A stretch of DNA of 64,000 nucleotides from Podarcis melisellensis. Taxonomy: Eukaryota. The notes below the pieces were generated by a model. That model saw only the letters and a program-made list of their open reading frames with translations. It searched no databases and had not been told where the DNA came from. The position numbers were made by a program, and so were the translations under genes. The stretch's first letter is position 1. The number at the start of each line of letters is the position of its first letter. Location: assembly GCA_964234715.1 (NCBI GenBank), contig OZ174279.1. The stretch is one strand, 5' to 3'. Below, piece by piece: positions 13,385 to 25,585 of the stretch.

Positions 13385-13620
13385 GTTTGTGGGGAAGGAG
13401 GTGGTATTTAAGATATTTGAAACCGAAGTCATTTAGGGCTTTGAACACTAATGTGAGCACCTTGAATTAGGGCTCTTGTATGCATTCTAAGGGAACCTCA
13501 GCAGTCTGGCTGCTGCATTTTGAACCAGCTGAAGTTTCCAAGTCGTTTTCAAAAGTAGCCCCACGTAGAGCACATCACAATAATCCTGTTTGGAAGTTAC
13601 CAAGGCATGGAGTACCTTGA
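13385..13620 (-). mobile_element. L2 LINE relic
   Basis: ggctgctgcattttgaaccagctgaagtttcc...gtagccccacgtagagc, typical of L2 ORF2 3' region on the minus strand; related to ~23870-24040 and ~41810-41960. Confidence 0.6.
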
Positions 13621-14049
13621 CCTTGTTGTCCTTTACTGGTTCACATCAATTGCTTGAATTTCATGTTCATTCCCTCAGTTCAGGAAGGCTGGAGCTGTTG
13701 CTTTAGTGATGAAGCTGTTCAGATTAGGAGCTGGGTGCTCATTCCTTTCCTGGCTCTCAGCCAGGCCCTGATTCAGGCAGGTGCTTCCACCTTTTCCCTC
13801 TCTTCCTAAGTAACGTCACATGCAGCTATCTGGTAACGCTGGTGTGCTCCCAAATCTCTTGTGTTGCTCACCATCTCCTCTTCTCATATGGCCCTGGGTG
13901 AAATGTGGGTGTTGCTTGACGGCTGGCTTGGAGCCCAGATGTGTGGGGACCTCCAGACTTGGAGCAGGCATGTCTATATTCAACAGCTCTTCTGGGTTAC
14001 TGGGTTACTGAGATCTGCTTAGGAGACACACTCTCCTCCCACCCCAATT

Positions 14050-14415
14050 TCATTTTCATTTTCATTTCACACTGTATTTTACAACACTACAAATAAAGAA
14101 ATACATAATTTTTATTGACTCCCTTTCCACTACATATTCTAATTTCTCCCTCTATCTTATTTTTGTCTTCATAGCTCAATAATTTTTTTCACTGCTGAAT
14201 TTCTTCTGTTATTGTTAACCTCTTAATATGTTTACAATATGTCTCTAAATATGCCATACAACATTTCCAACCTTCCTCAAATAGTTTTTTTTTATCTTAA
14301 TCTTATTCAGTTTGTCAGTCTTGCCATTTCTATATATTCTGTTAACTTTTTTCTGCCATTCTTCCTTCATTGGTATTGTATCTTCCCTCCTTCTCTGAGC
14401 ATAAGGAGACGTGCT
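14050..14415 (-). mobile_element. L1/Tx1-like LINE 3' relic
   Basis: ORF 14245..14487 contains YAQRRREDTIPMKEEWQKK, resembling the C-terminus of reptile L1/Tx1 ORF2; AT-rich tail adjacent. Confidence 0.45.
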
Positions 14416-14839
14416 CTTCCTCCAAGGAGACCTCAGAGGCCAACCCCTGGCAATTAGTGAGCACATGCTTGTCTTTTTAAGCACCAAACTGTTGAGTGGA
14501 GACCATTTGGAATGCCCTTTAAATTAGTGAACATAAGAACTATCATAGTGGTGCACTGTTGCCAGCACGAACCAGTGGACATGTCTGTTTTTTTAAAATG
14601 CATGTGCATCAGATAGACCAGCACTAAGAGCCTTCAGCCTGCCTGTTCAGAGCTCATCCCCTTAAGCTTTACGCAGTATGCACTGGATGTGCTCCTGTGA
14701 CTGGGAGAGCCCTTGCAGAACACTGTTTTATCCTCCTAAGTGATGACCCGCAGGGCTGGCCTCTTGTCAGAACACTGACTTCTCTCCCTGGAGTGAACAC
14801 ACACTCTCTGTCACAATATTTACCTAGCTTCATTTCCCC

Positions 14840-15170
14840 CCCACTGAGTGATAAATGGAAGCTTGCAGAGTGGCTTCTCCATCAGCAATCAGGTTTGGAT
14901 CACTCCGCTTGTTTTATGAGACTGCTGATCCCACTGCACCTCTCTTCCCTCCCCACCCCTCAAGTATTAGAACCGATTAGCCACGTCATTAATTCTTCAA
15001 TTTGACGGCTGATATAGCAAGGCCTGAAACACGGGCTGACCCTATATAATAGAACCTCTGCTCCTTAACATATTAATGATGGGAGAAGTTAATTAAAATT
15101 CCACAGAGCGAAGGTGTCGGCTAACCTATAAACCTGTCGCTTCCAAGAAAATGTTGCCGCTATCCTAGAA
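14840..15170. promoter_or_regulatory. Candidate conserved intronic enhancer
   Basis: No recognisable repeat; CpGs retained; GATTAG, ACGTCATTAAT, TTAATTAA motifs; locus context. Conservation untested. Confidence 0.45.
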
Positions 15171-18100
15171 GAAAGTGAGTTTGGGGGCAAGAGTGAGTAC
15201 TCTTAGTGTAGTGTGAGAGTCCCCCCACAAGCTAAACTGAATGTTTCATCTCTTTGGGAAGAGTTAACTTTCGGGTGATTCAGTATCCTTGCCTGACTTT
15301 AGGATCTTTTTCTCCTTTGATCTACATATATACATATTTAGGATGCTGAAACATTGCCTTTCTGATGGATCCGAACACTATTATTAATAATTGTTAGGAA
15401 ACAGAATATTTTTGCTTTAGTCCAAAATACATTGTAGGTTTGATTCATTTGGCTTTTATCTTACAATCAACAAAACTGATAGATCATGTGCTAATATTTA
15501 GCATTCTATCACTGCTCAATTAGGATACTTAGTACTGATATGCAGCCACTTCTGTATAGGGGTTGAAAGCAGAAACATATCCTTGGAGGTGCTTTGGGTC
15601 ATCCTGGCTGCACTTGTCTCAGGGTTTCCTCCCCAACATTTGTGATACAGATGACTAGGATACCAGCATGTGCTCAATATTCAGACACTGTGTATGACAA
15701 AGTTGAATGCACATTTGACTTTCCTCAAGTCCTGTGGACACACTTTCTTGTTTCCACCTGCTGTCTGCAGTCTGATCCAGTTGATGATGGGGTGCGTTCC
15801 CAAGTACTTTGAGCTAATCTGTTTGGCAGTTTTTCATTGCAACAAATTTTGCCATATTCATTGAGTAGTGCTGGATCTTCTTCTCTTGTTATGCCAGTCT
15901 CTTGTAGCACTATGATCCTAGGCTACTGCTAACTCCATAATGGCAATATGTTCATCTGCTTCCTCTGCTACTGCAGTGAGGAAACTGAAGTGATGTGTGT
16001 CATCTGAATGCAGGTTTAACTTGTTATTGATGTTAGCAAATGCACTGTTAAGAGCCCAGCTAGATTTGCAAAGCTGTGGTTCAGTTTGCAGAACTGAGTG
16101 CTTCCCCAAATGGACCATAATCTAAAGCTTACTATTAAGGTGGAACTGCAGGGCTGTTCCCTACAGATGATTGTTTAGCTATTCCCCCCTCCCCCCCCTA
16201 AATACTGCAGTAATTTTTCCAGCTAAACTTTATTCTCCTTTCCATATGATGGGAGCAATATTGTTATATATTTCTGTTTTGATCCTGTTAACCTATTTGC
16301 TTAAATCAATAGCTTTAGATTTGTTGAATGGTGGAATCTTGTAGAATATTAAAGATTGTGATAGTGATGCCACATTTTCTCATGCCCTTCAGAAAATATA
16401 CTCTTTCATCATAGCAAATGACGGTGCTCACAGGTTAGAGGGAAAATATTTAAAATGAATTTCTTCTCTCTGCCGAGCTTGTCAGAGCATTGTAATGAGG
16501 AGACAACTATTCTGAGAGATTTCATTCTATTAGGAAGTTGGCAGCTAATGTCAGGTTCTCCTTTAATGTAGTTCCATAGGTTTATGTGGTACAGCTGCTG
16601 CTGTGATTTTAATTTCCGATTTCCAGGTGCAGAGGGTTTTCCTGTGAGGCTAGGGGAGAAACCCATCTCTTCTACCATTTTGCACAGTGAAGGAGAAAAT
16701 GCCTGTGTTAGTTTCTCCTGTCACATTGATTACAGTTCAGGGGTCCCACATAAGACTGCAGGTTTCCATTTCCAGTCAGTGATCTTTCTCCTCCATTTTT
16801 CAAACTTCCAAGGGGAGGGATGGAGAAGGTAATTTTCCTGGGCCATGGCCACTGTTTACTTTTGCTTGGCTGTGCAGTGTGCCTTTGTTTTTCCACCTTT
16901 GATCAGTGTCCTGCCAGCAGATAATTTAGCAATTGCATCCCAGGGTGGAAGTGTGGAGTTAATGTTAAAATTAGTTTTTTTTTTAACTTCACTGCCTGAT
17001 GAAGCAGGGATAGCAAGAGGGGAGGCAACGGGGGCCATAAATTCTACCGGTGGTATATCTGCTTCTTGCAAAAAAGAGAGGAAAAAACCCTCAAAAACGT
17101 AACTCTCTGATGTCTCCACAGCACTTTCATTAACATTTAAATTAAGGGTTTGTTTTTCAGCAACTAGGCCTTTCATGGCCTGACTCGTGCAAGGCTGCCT
17201 CACTAGTCAGCTACAATAGTAATCATTGCTTTATTTTTTTTCATCTTTCTCTGGGGAGGGCAGCGACCTGCCAAATGTTCAAAGAGAATCCGCAACAGAC
17301 CTGCACAGGTACCCAGGCAGCAGGATGCTAGCCTTTCTCCTTCAATTAGAGAGTTAGTTGTTGTCCATGTTTCTTGTCTTTTTTCCTCTTCCCTTCAAAG
17401 GCTTGTTTGGGGCCCATTTGGTATGTGATTGCCTCAGGTGTAACCAGCACTGGACACCCTTTAAACAAGAACTCATGAGGATGAAGGGTGTATATGGAAA
17501 GTGGGAAAGAAGTTTTGAGTGCTCTTTCTCAGCACTGCTGGCAGCTTGAAAATATGTTAAAACTGGTGTGGGTGAGCTCTTGAGAGGATAAGTTTGTTGG
17601 GAGTGTATATCAGAGTGAGCTAAAGAAAACGGGGGCAGGAAATTGAGCTTTGATGTATATAAGCTGCACAGGCATTTTGGTGCTGCAATTTATTTCCAAT
17701 ACAGGACAGCAAATTAGGGCATGCTTAGCAAATTATGTGGAAAGTGTTTTATGTGGAAAGGCTCAAGTATATACATCAGGATTGTTCTAGAAGGAATGTT
17801 GCATGTTGCAGTAAATAGTGTCTGAAACATGCAATTCTAATCTCATATCATGTGTGGAATCATGTGTTGTCCTAGGGCAAATAACAATCTGGATTTTACA
17901 CTTGTAGACTGAGAATTTATTCCTTATAGACCCAAATATCTTACTACATTAGAGATATTGCATAACTGTTTTTTCCTAAAGACTGAGAACAAAGCACTCT
18001 TCTATCAAAATACCCTAATTGAGCCCCTAAGAACCATGTCACATTATGGTAGAAGCCACAACATGCCAGAAGATGATACTGGGGAGGCAGTTATTTATTT

Positions 18101-18949
18101 TGTTTGTTCTTCTGCTGCCTATTCAAGCAGAAATAATCTGGAAATATACAGGAAAGGGTGCATGCTAAACTTGAAGAGATCTGACATTAGTCATGATATT
18201 AAGCACCTGCAATGCAGCCGTATTTCTCTTGGGCCTTTGTGGCCATGCGGTGCCAATTGCCTTCTAAAGCAGTTTCATTTAGTGAGCAGTGTCATGTGGC
18301 CAAACTGTTTTGGTAGCCCACGTGTTGCATCAGTTCCAGGAAACCTGATCAGAACTTCAGGCATTTACAGTAACAAGGAGGTGAAAGCTGCCAGCCAGTG
18401 TCTCTGCAGGTGCTAGCTGGATCGAGTTGCAGGGCTGCCATTAAAACTATCCTGTCTGGTGATTAATGTAGGACACAGGACATACACATTCTTATTCTGG
18501 CTCCGTGAAGACCTGTTCTGAAAGCTAAATTGGTTTCTGAATTGCAAGGTTTCACTGCCCTTTTATATTGTCAACTGTTTGTCTGCCTTGAGTGAGTCTT
18601 GTTGAACAGCTTTATCTTCCGTGCCCTGTTGCAGTTGTATAATCTTTCTGTATCACCTTCAGCAATGGCAAACTGATGTGCCATGTAAACAGCTTGTTTA
18701 TATGGCATGTTTTTCATGTAGTAACTTTATCTTTGTTCTCCAGCTTTCAACAATTATGAAGGAATATGGTTACATAACACATTTTCATAAGCAAGAGCTG
18801 CTTGTGTGAATTGGGACAAACAGTTTTGTAGGTATTTGGAGACAAAGCTTTTAGATTGAGATTCTCTCTTTTAAGAGACACGTAGGATCTGAAGTGTTGC
18901 TTTCTGAGATTGGGACCAGAGTGTCTTGTATGACCCTGGTGGTAAGGAA

Positions 18950-20502
18950 ATACCTGGCTACTTTAAATGAATTCAGATCTCCAGGACCTGATGAGCTGCA
19001 CTCAAGGATACCAAAGGAACTTGCAGATTTAATCTTAGAGCTTATGTTTATGATCTTTGAGAATTCTTAGAGAACAGATGAGGTTTCTGCAAGCTGGAGG
19101 TGGGCAAATGTTCATCTTCAAAAATGGAGAAAAGGAAGACCCAGGAAACTACCAGACAGTCAGCTTGGATGTTAATAACAGGCAGCCAGATAAATCTCAT
19201 TTCTTTTTTTGATAGCGTTACCAGCTTGGTGCATCAGGGGAATGCTGTGGACTTAGTGCATCTTGATTTCAGTAAGGCTTTTGACAAGTCCCTAAGATAT
19301 TCTTGCATATAAGCTGGTAAAATATGGGCTAGACCAGGTGACTGTTAGGTGGATTTGTAGCTGATTGACTGACTGAACCCAAAGAGTGCTCACCAACAGT
19401 TCCCTATAATCCTGAGGGGAAAATGACAAGTAGGGTGCTACAGAGTTTTGTCCTGGGCCTGTTGCTGTTTGACACCTTTATAAATGACTTGCAAGAAGTA
19501 ATTGAGGGGATGCTCATCAGGTTTGCAGATGACACCATAGGTGGATTTAGGGTAGTGCAACCAGTTCTGCTGCACTGGGTGCTTAGCCTAGCGAGTGCCA
19601 CAGGGCATCACAACTATGCAGAACAGAAGGTGAGGGGGCGTGGGCACCAAATTTTGGACTCATCTAGGACTGCTGAAATATGAAAGACCAAAGTCTGCCC
19701 CTGGTGACATCAAACTGGGAATAGTAGCTAATACTGCAGAAGGCAGAATTGGGTTTCCACATGATCTTAACAAATTGGAGAAGTGGGCCAAAACTAATAA
19801 AACGCATATCAACAGGGGAAAATGTAAGGTTCTACGCTTAGGCAGGAAGAAAGAGCTGCACAAATATAAGATGGGGATATCTGGCTTGCCTATAGCACAT
19901 CTGAAAAGGATATAGGGGTCTTAGGCTGCATCAACAGAAGTATAATGTCCTGATTAAGGGACCAAATAGTTCTGCTCTATTTTGCCTTCATCAGATCACA
20001 AGTGGAGTACTGTGTCCAGTTTTGGGAACCACAGTTTAAGAAAGTTATTGACAAGCTGGAATGTGTACAGAGGAGGGCAACCAAGATGATCAAGGGTCTG
20101 GAAACCAAACCTTATGAGGAATGGTTGAGGGAATTGGGAATGTTTAGCCTGGTAAAGAGGAGACTGAGAGGAGATATGATAGCCATCTTCAAATATCTAA
20201 AGGGCTGTCACATGAAGATGGAGCAAGCTTGTTTTCTCCTGCTGTGTAGGGTAGGACTCAAACCAATGGCTTCAAATTACAAGACAGAAGATTCTTTCCA
20301 GCAAGATCAGGAAGAACTTTCTGACAGAGCTGTTCAACAGTGGAACAGAGTCCCACAAGAGGTGGTGGACTTTCCTTCCTTGAAGGTTTTGGAGATTCAA
20401 TGGCCATCTGTCATAAATGCTTTAGTTGAGATTCCTGCGTTGTAGAAGGTTGGAATAGATGACCCTTAGTCCCTTCTAACTGTAACATCCTTTGATTCTA
20501 TG
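18950..20502 (+). mobile_element. CR1 LINE, 5'-truncated, decayed RT (pseudogenised)
   Basis: Fragmented ORFs with HLDFSKAFD, LLFDTFINDL..IRFADDT, KCKVLRLG, EYCVQFWEPQFKK..RRLRGDMIAIFKYLKG; CR1 3' tail ends gattctatga. Confidence 0.95.
19536..19703. mobile_element. Short DNA-transposon-like insertion inside the CR1 RT
   Basis: Interrupts gatgacac|caaa (FADDTK codons); degenerate ~8-bp duplication gatgacac/ggtgacat on either side. Confidence 0.65.
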
Positions 20503-21003
20503 ATGTAAAGAAACACATCAGTCTCAATAACACAGATGAACTGTGTCATTAAAGATAGCAGAAATCTTTGGGCACCTCACAAAGAACTGATGCCAATTTT
20601 GAGCTAGTAGGACCTTGAATCTGACTCAGTTTGGAGATTGTTAAACGTTTCCCCCCCCCCCCCCATTCATAGTTATAATAATGTATTTCACTATATGCTG
20701 TGTATATTAATGACTCACCTACAGTGTTGAGAGTACATGATGACACATTCCTGGAAAATCATCTTCCTCCAACAGATCACCAGACTGAGGATTGTTTCCT
20801 GTGTATGCTAAAGTGATTTATGCCTTGCTTGAAAGTGTAGATTGTCTGGTTCCAGAAAATATGTGCAGCAAATAGCATGTTCTTCATAGTTACTGTGGTG
20901 GTGATGTCCTGTATACTATGAGGAGAGACAAAGGGTAACTTTGGGAACTCTTTAGAAGTGTGGACCCCAAGCTCTCGTTTGACTTACATATGTGCACCTA
21001 GAT

Positions 21004-21140
21004 CAGGCATGGGCAAACTTGGCCCTCCAGATGTTTTGAGACTATAACTCCCATCATCCCTGACCTCTAGTCCTGTTAGCTAGGGATGATGGGAGTTGTA
21101 GTCCCAAAAACATCTAGAGGGCCAAGTTTGCCTATGCCTG
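21004..21140. mobile_element. Palindromic hAT MITE
   Basis: caggcatgggcaaacttggccctccagatg...catctagagggccaagtttgcctatgcctg, a near-perfect inverted repeat; TSD acctagat/ccctagat. Confidence 0.9.
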
Positions 21141-24100
21141 CCCTAGATGCTAGTTGGTTGTTGTCACGGGACTTCACTTGCTTCTGAACCAGTTGCTCAG
21201 ATCTGAGGAAATACTCTTCTCCCCACCTTAATTGAATGCTCTGTTCACTTGTTGCAACTAAGTGACTTCTGAGCAGGCCTAGCTTCAGCTTCTGGCACCC
21301 TTAGGCAGCTGCTGCAGTCTAGCATCCTGACAGAAGCCATTGGTGCTGATGCCTGGCCTGGGGCCCCCAGGCCAGGCAGCTATCAACCACTATTTTGAAT
21401 TCCCACAGTGTCCTGGAGGTCCCAAAACTGCAGTTTCCCAGAGTATTTAGAGAAAGTTTGGGTGGTGACTTCCCAGCTGACTGCTGCTGCCACCAGGTAA
21501 ACCTGCAGTCAGGTGTGACCCACCTACATAGGAAGGGGGCCACCAACTGGCACCGGCTGGCCTTAACCCTGGGAAAAACAATATCAGGGTACAGTCTTTT
21601 CCCTCTGTATTTGTGGCATAGTTCCACCTTCCCCTGTGGCTTATAAAGGTCTAATGACTCTTTGATTAAATGTAGGTCAAAATTTTCTACATTGTGACCT
21701 TAATAAGTGGGGATGATTGGCAGACAGCCTTGGCAGAAAGGGCGGCCTGTCCCTTTCATCTCTAGTGTCGCTTGGAGACAATGGGCTCAGCATATTTTCC
21801 TTGTTGTTCCTCCTTTGAAAAGGGCCTGGTATCTCTACTAGGTACCTGTGTCATGGGGGTCTTGATTGGGGTCTCATAAAGGGCCTTGCCAGTGTGTCCA
21901 AAGGCCAAGAAGACAAAAGCGATCAGTGGGTGGGGGTCTCAGCTGACCGCCAAGAAGGGAGGGGAGGTTCTTGGAGGCAGTGAAGGGAGAAGCAGCCCCT
22001 GTTGGGAGCTCTTCTAGAGGGGAGGGGGAGAGGAGTGGCCCATTTTTGTCCCAAACTCATCAAGCACATCTGCAGAATTGTCCCAGCTGCTGCCTTCCAG
22101 TTTCAAAAGAAAATGATCGTTTGATAAACCGGCCTGATTTACCGCTTTCTCACAAGGGAGGGAGGCCCACCTTTGACCTCTATGATTTCACATCAGACCC
22201 GGCTTTTCTTTCCCCTTCCAGTTCTTGGAGAAACTTTGAAATGCATCCCTTGCTTTCTCTCTCTTTCTCTCCCTCTCCCTCTCCCCCTTTACTCTTCTCT
22301 GCCCTTCGCTTTGTTGGGGGGGGGGCAGCGGCGGGAGGAGAACAGGCGTGCGGCTTTGGACTTTAGGAAAGTAATTAGTAAAATCTTCCTGCAGCACAAT
22401 AAACACTCAGCACCCATCCTGTATATTCCCACCATTTACATGCTTGTGGGCATCCGAGAGAACAGGTGGCATTCTTACTGCAGTGTATCTTTTGCCGGCA
22501 CCCTCTGTGCCTCTGTGCCTGCTAACTATAGGAATGTGCATGAATATATTAAAATATTTTCACACAATGCATGTATTTTCCAGTGGGAAAAGACATCTCT
22601 TGGATGAAAGGCAGTGGGCCCCACTGGAGCGCTTGTTCCCACTCGGGTGCTTGTTCACATGGACTAGATAGAAAAGTGTGTTTGGGAGACAGGGGAATAG
22701 ATTTCCTCTGGGAAGAGCAAAGTTTTGTGTTCCCTACCCATTCCTCATGTTTTTGGGGGTGTAGTACATGGGATTTGAGCAACCGATCATTATTTTGACT
22801 ACCTTCATTTTGAGGGGGCAGGCAGAAACAGCTGCAGTTCAAAATAGTCCTACAATTCATGCTTTTTTGGGTAGAACAGGCAAGTGCAGAGATAAATCAG
22901 GATATATTGGGGTTGAGCTCTTAATGCTTGTTTATGCTCTTGGAGCAGTACACGTAATAGCAGAGGAAGTATTCTAAGAGCTTTCCAGTCTTTCTGTAAC
23001 TGGTCACGGAGGAACTTGTGACTGTGCATGACATATAAGAAACATACAACTACATGCCCATTGCATGCAGTTGTATGTTTCTGCTCCTGTATGTTGTGCA
23101 GTTACAAGTTCCATCATTTCAAATGTCCTGAAATCTTCTGCCAAGGACGCCCAATATAGTACCATGGTGGATTGTTTTAAATCAAGAAAACGTGGGCAAT
23201 ATCAATAAAATGTATGGCTTTTTAATTTATATGTTTCCTGAACATACTCACATACAGTTAAGGCACATCTGTTTGCAACTAAGTGGAACTTCTAAGCTAG
23301 GCAGAAGTAGAATCTAAAATCTATGCTCATCCACTGCAGAACTTGTACAGTATTTGCTTCAGAATGCAATTGTAAAATTAAGGATTTCCCTTTGATTCTC
23401 TCTGTGCACTTGGAAGGACACTAAACAAAATCGTGTGTACTTGAAGACTTGTGCTGAGAACTTTCCAGAAGCAAGGGCTGAGTGTTGTTTGGAAGAACAG
23501 TATTCCCCATCACACAGAAACTAAATGTCTGTGCTGTTTGGTTCCCAGCCTAAATATTCATGATTTGCATAATAAAAAATATATTATCTATTGTGATTTA
23601 TTTATAGTGCTTGATCTCAGAAGTTACATTCCCTTCACAAGTTCCTTAAAACCTGTTTTTCTCTGTATGTCAATGGGCCTTTTCAGATGTGCTGCTACAC
23701 TATGGGTTAGCATTTACATGAATGATCCTTGGGCTTATGAACCCCTGTCTCCTCTCCTGAGGCGGCAGTGAGATCAGAAGCATCTTCCTCTGTTTTTGAA
23801 CTAACTGTAGTCCCCCAAGTTTAGACATAACAGGAATATGGGAACCTCATTCTGCATCAACTTCAGCTTTCAGACTGTCCTTGAGGGCTGCCCCACTTTG
23901 ACTGCATTACAATAGTCTAAATGTGAGGTTATCAGAGTGTAAACTGTTGTTAAACTATCCCAGTCCAGGAAAAGCTGTAGCTGGCAAACCAGCCATAGCT
24001 GGGAATAGGCATTTCTAGGCCTCAGTGGCCTATATTCCTTTAGAGGGAGTGCAGCTCCATCCAGAATATGCCATTGTGGGAATCTTCCACAATCTGCACC

Positions 24101-24366
24101 TCTGTCTTGTCAGGATCCAGGTTTATTGGCCCTTTTCAATCTAGATACTGCTCCAGCAGTTGGTGCAAAATTGTATTTGGCACACAATGTTATCATTTTA
24201 CAGAGGAAATGCAGATGCCACACATCTTCGAACAGTTCTAAAATCTTCTTGGAAGAGCACATGGTCTGGGAAAATACTTCTGTCTGAATCCCTGGAGCGT
24301 TACTGTCGGTCAGTGTTGACACTGCTAAGCTAAATGAGCTAATGGTATAAGGCAGCTTCATATGTT

Positions 24367-25358
24367 CATAGAATCAGAGAATTGTAGAGTTGGAAGGAAC
24401 TCCAAGGGTCATCTAGTCTAACCCCCTGCAATGCAGGGATCTCAACTAAAGCATCCATGACCGATGGCGATCCAACCTCTGCTTTAAAACCTCCAGGGAA
24501 AGAGAGTCCACCACCTCTTGTCAGAATGTTTAGTTGGAATCTCCTCTCTTGTAACTTGAATCCCTTGGTTTGGCTCCTAGCCTCCAGAGCAGGAGAAAAC
24601 AACCTTACTGCATCCTTCCCATGACAATCCTTTAGATATTTGAAGATAGTTATCATATCTCATCTCAGTCTACTCTTTACCAGGCTAAACATGCCTCAAC
24701 CATTCTTTATTTCAGACCCCTGATCATGTTGGTTGCTCTCCTCAGCATACATTCCAGCTTATCAGTATCCTTCTTAAACTGTGGTGCCCAGAACTGGATA
24801 CAGTACTCCAGGTGTGGTCTGGCCAAGGCAGAATAGAGTGGGATTATTACTTCCCTTGATCAGGACACTATATTTCTATTGATGCAGCCTAGAATAGCAT
24901 CCACCCTTTTTTTGCTGCTGCATCACATGGTTGACTCATGTTAAGACCCCTAGATCCTTTTCGTAGGTACTGATGTCAAACCAAGTGCCCTCCATCTTAT
25001 ATTTGTGCATCCGGTTTTTCCTGCCTAAGTGTACAACCTGACATTTGTCCCTAATTAAATTCATTTTGTTAGTTTGGGCCCAGTTCTCCAACCTGTTAAG
25101 GTCATCTGGAATCCTGATTCTATTTTCTGCGGCATTGGCTACCCCTCTCAGTTTTGTGTCATCTGCAAATTTGATGAGCATCCTTTCAATACCTTCATTC
25201 AAGTCGTTTGTAAAGATGTTGAACAACAAGACCCAGGACAGAACCTCGTGACACCCGACTCGTCATTCCCCCCAGGATGGTGAGGAACTGTTAGTGAGCA
25301 CTCTGGGTTTGGTCAATCAACTGGCTACAAATCCACTTAACAGTAACCTCATCCAGTC
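24367..25358 (-). mobile_element. CR1 LINE, 5'-truncated, with internal deletions
   Basis: ORFs 24936..25229 (LFNIFTNDL..IKFADDTKL..DKCQVVHLG) and 24366..24656 (IFKYLKDCH..GFKLQERRFQLNI); CR1 tail at 24367. Confidence 0.93.
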
Positions 25359-25499
25359 TTGTGTAAAGGAACCCCTTAGAGACTTTTGAAATGAGAAAAC
25401 CTGACTTTTGCCTGAAAGTAAGCCCTATAAATGTTGGGAAACTTGTTTTCACAAATAGGAATTGGTCCACTGAAAGGTGGTACCTTCTCTGCTTGATTT

Positions 25500-25585
25500 G
25501 TAGAGGGATAATAACTTTATAAGGCCAACCAAAATGTCACAAAATAGTGACAATTGTGAGCAAGCTTTCAAGTTCTCCAGAATAC
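25500..25585. mobile_element. Penelope-like element terminal fragment
   Basis: aactttataaggccaaccaaaatgtcacaaaata...gcaagctttcaagttctccagaa resembles squamate Penelope termini (recognition only). Confidence 0.45.

Noticed and set aside
18988-19000. CTGATGAG as a hammerhead core
   Set aside because: Falls in CR1 coding sequence (PGPDEL); no matching stems or GAAA.
20002-20445. 147-aa ORF as a host gene
   Set aside because: CR1 ORF2 C-terminal relic with frameshifts.
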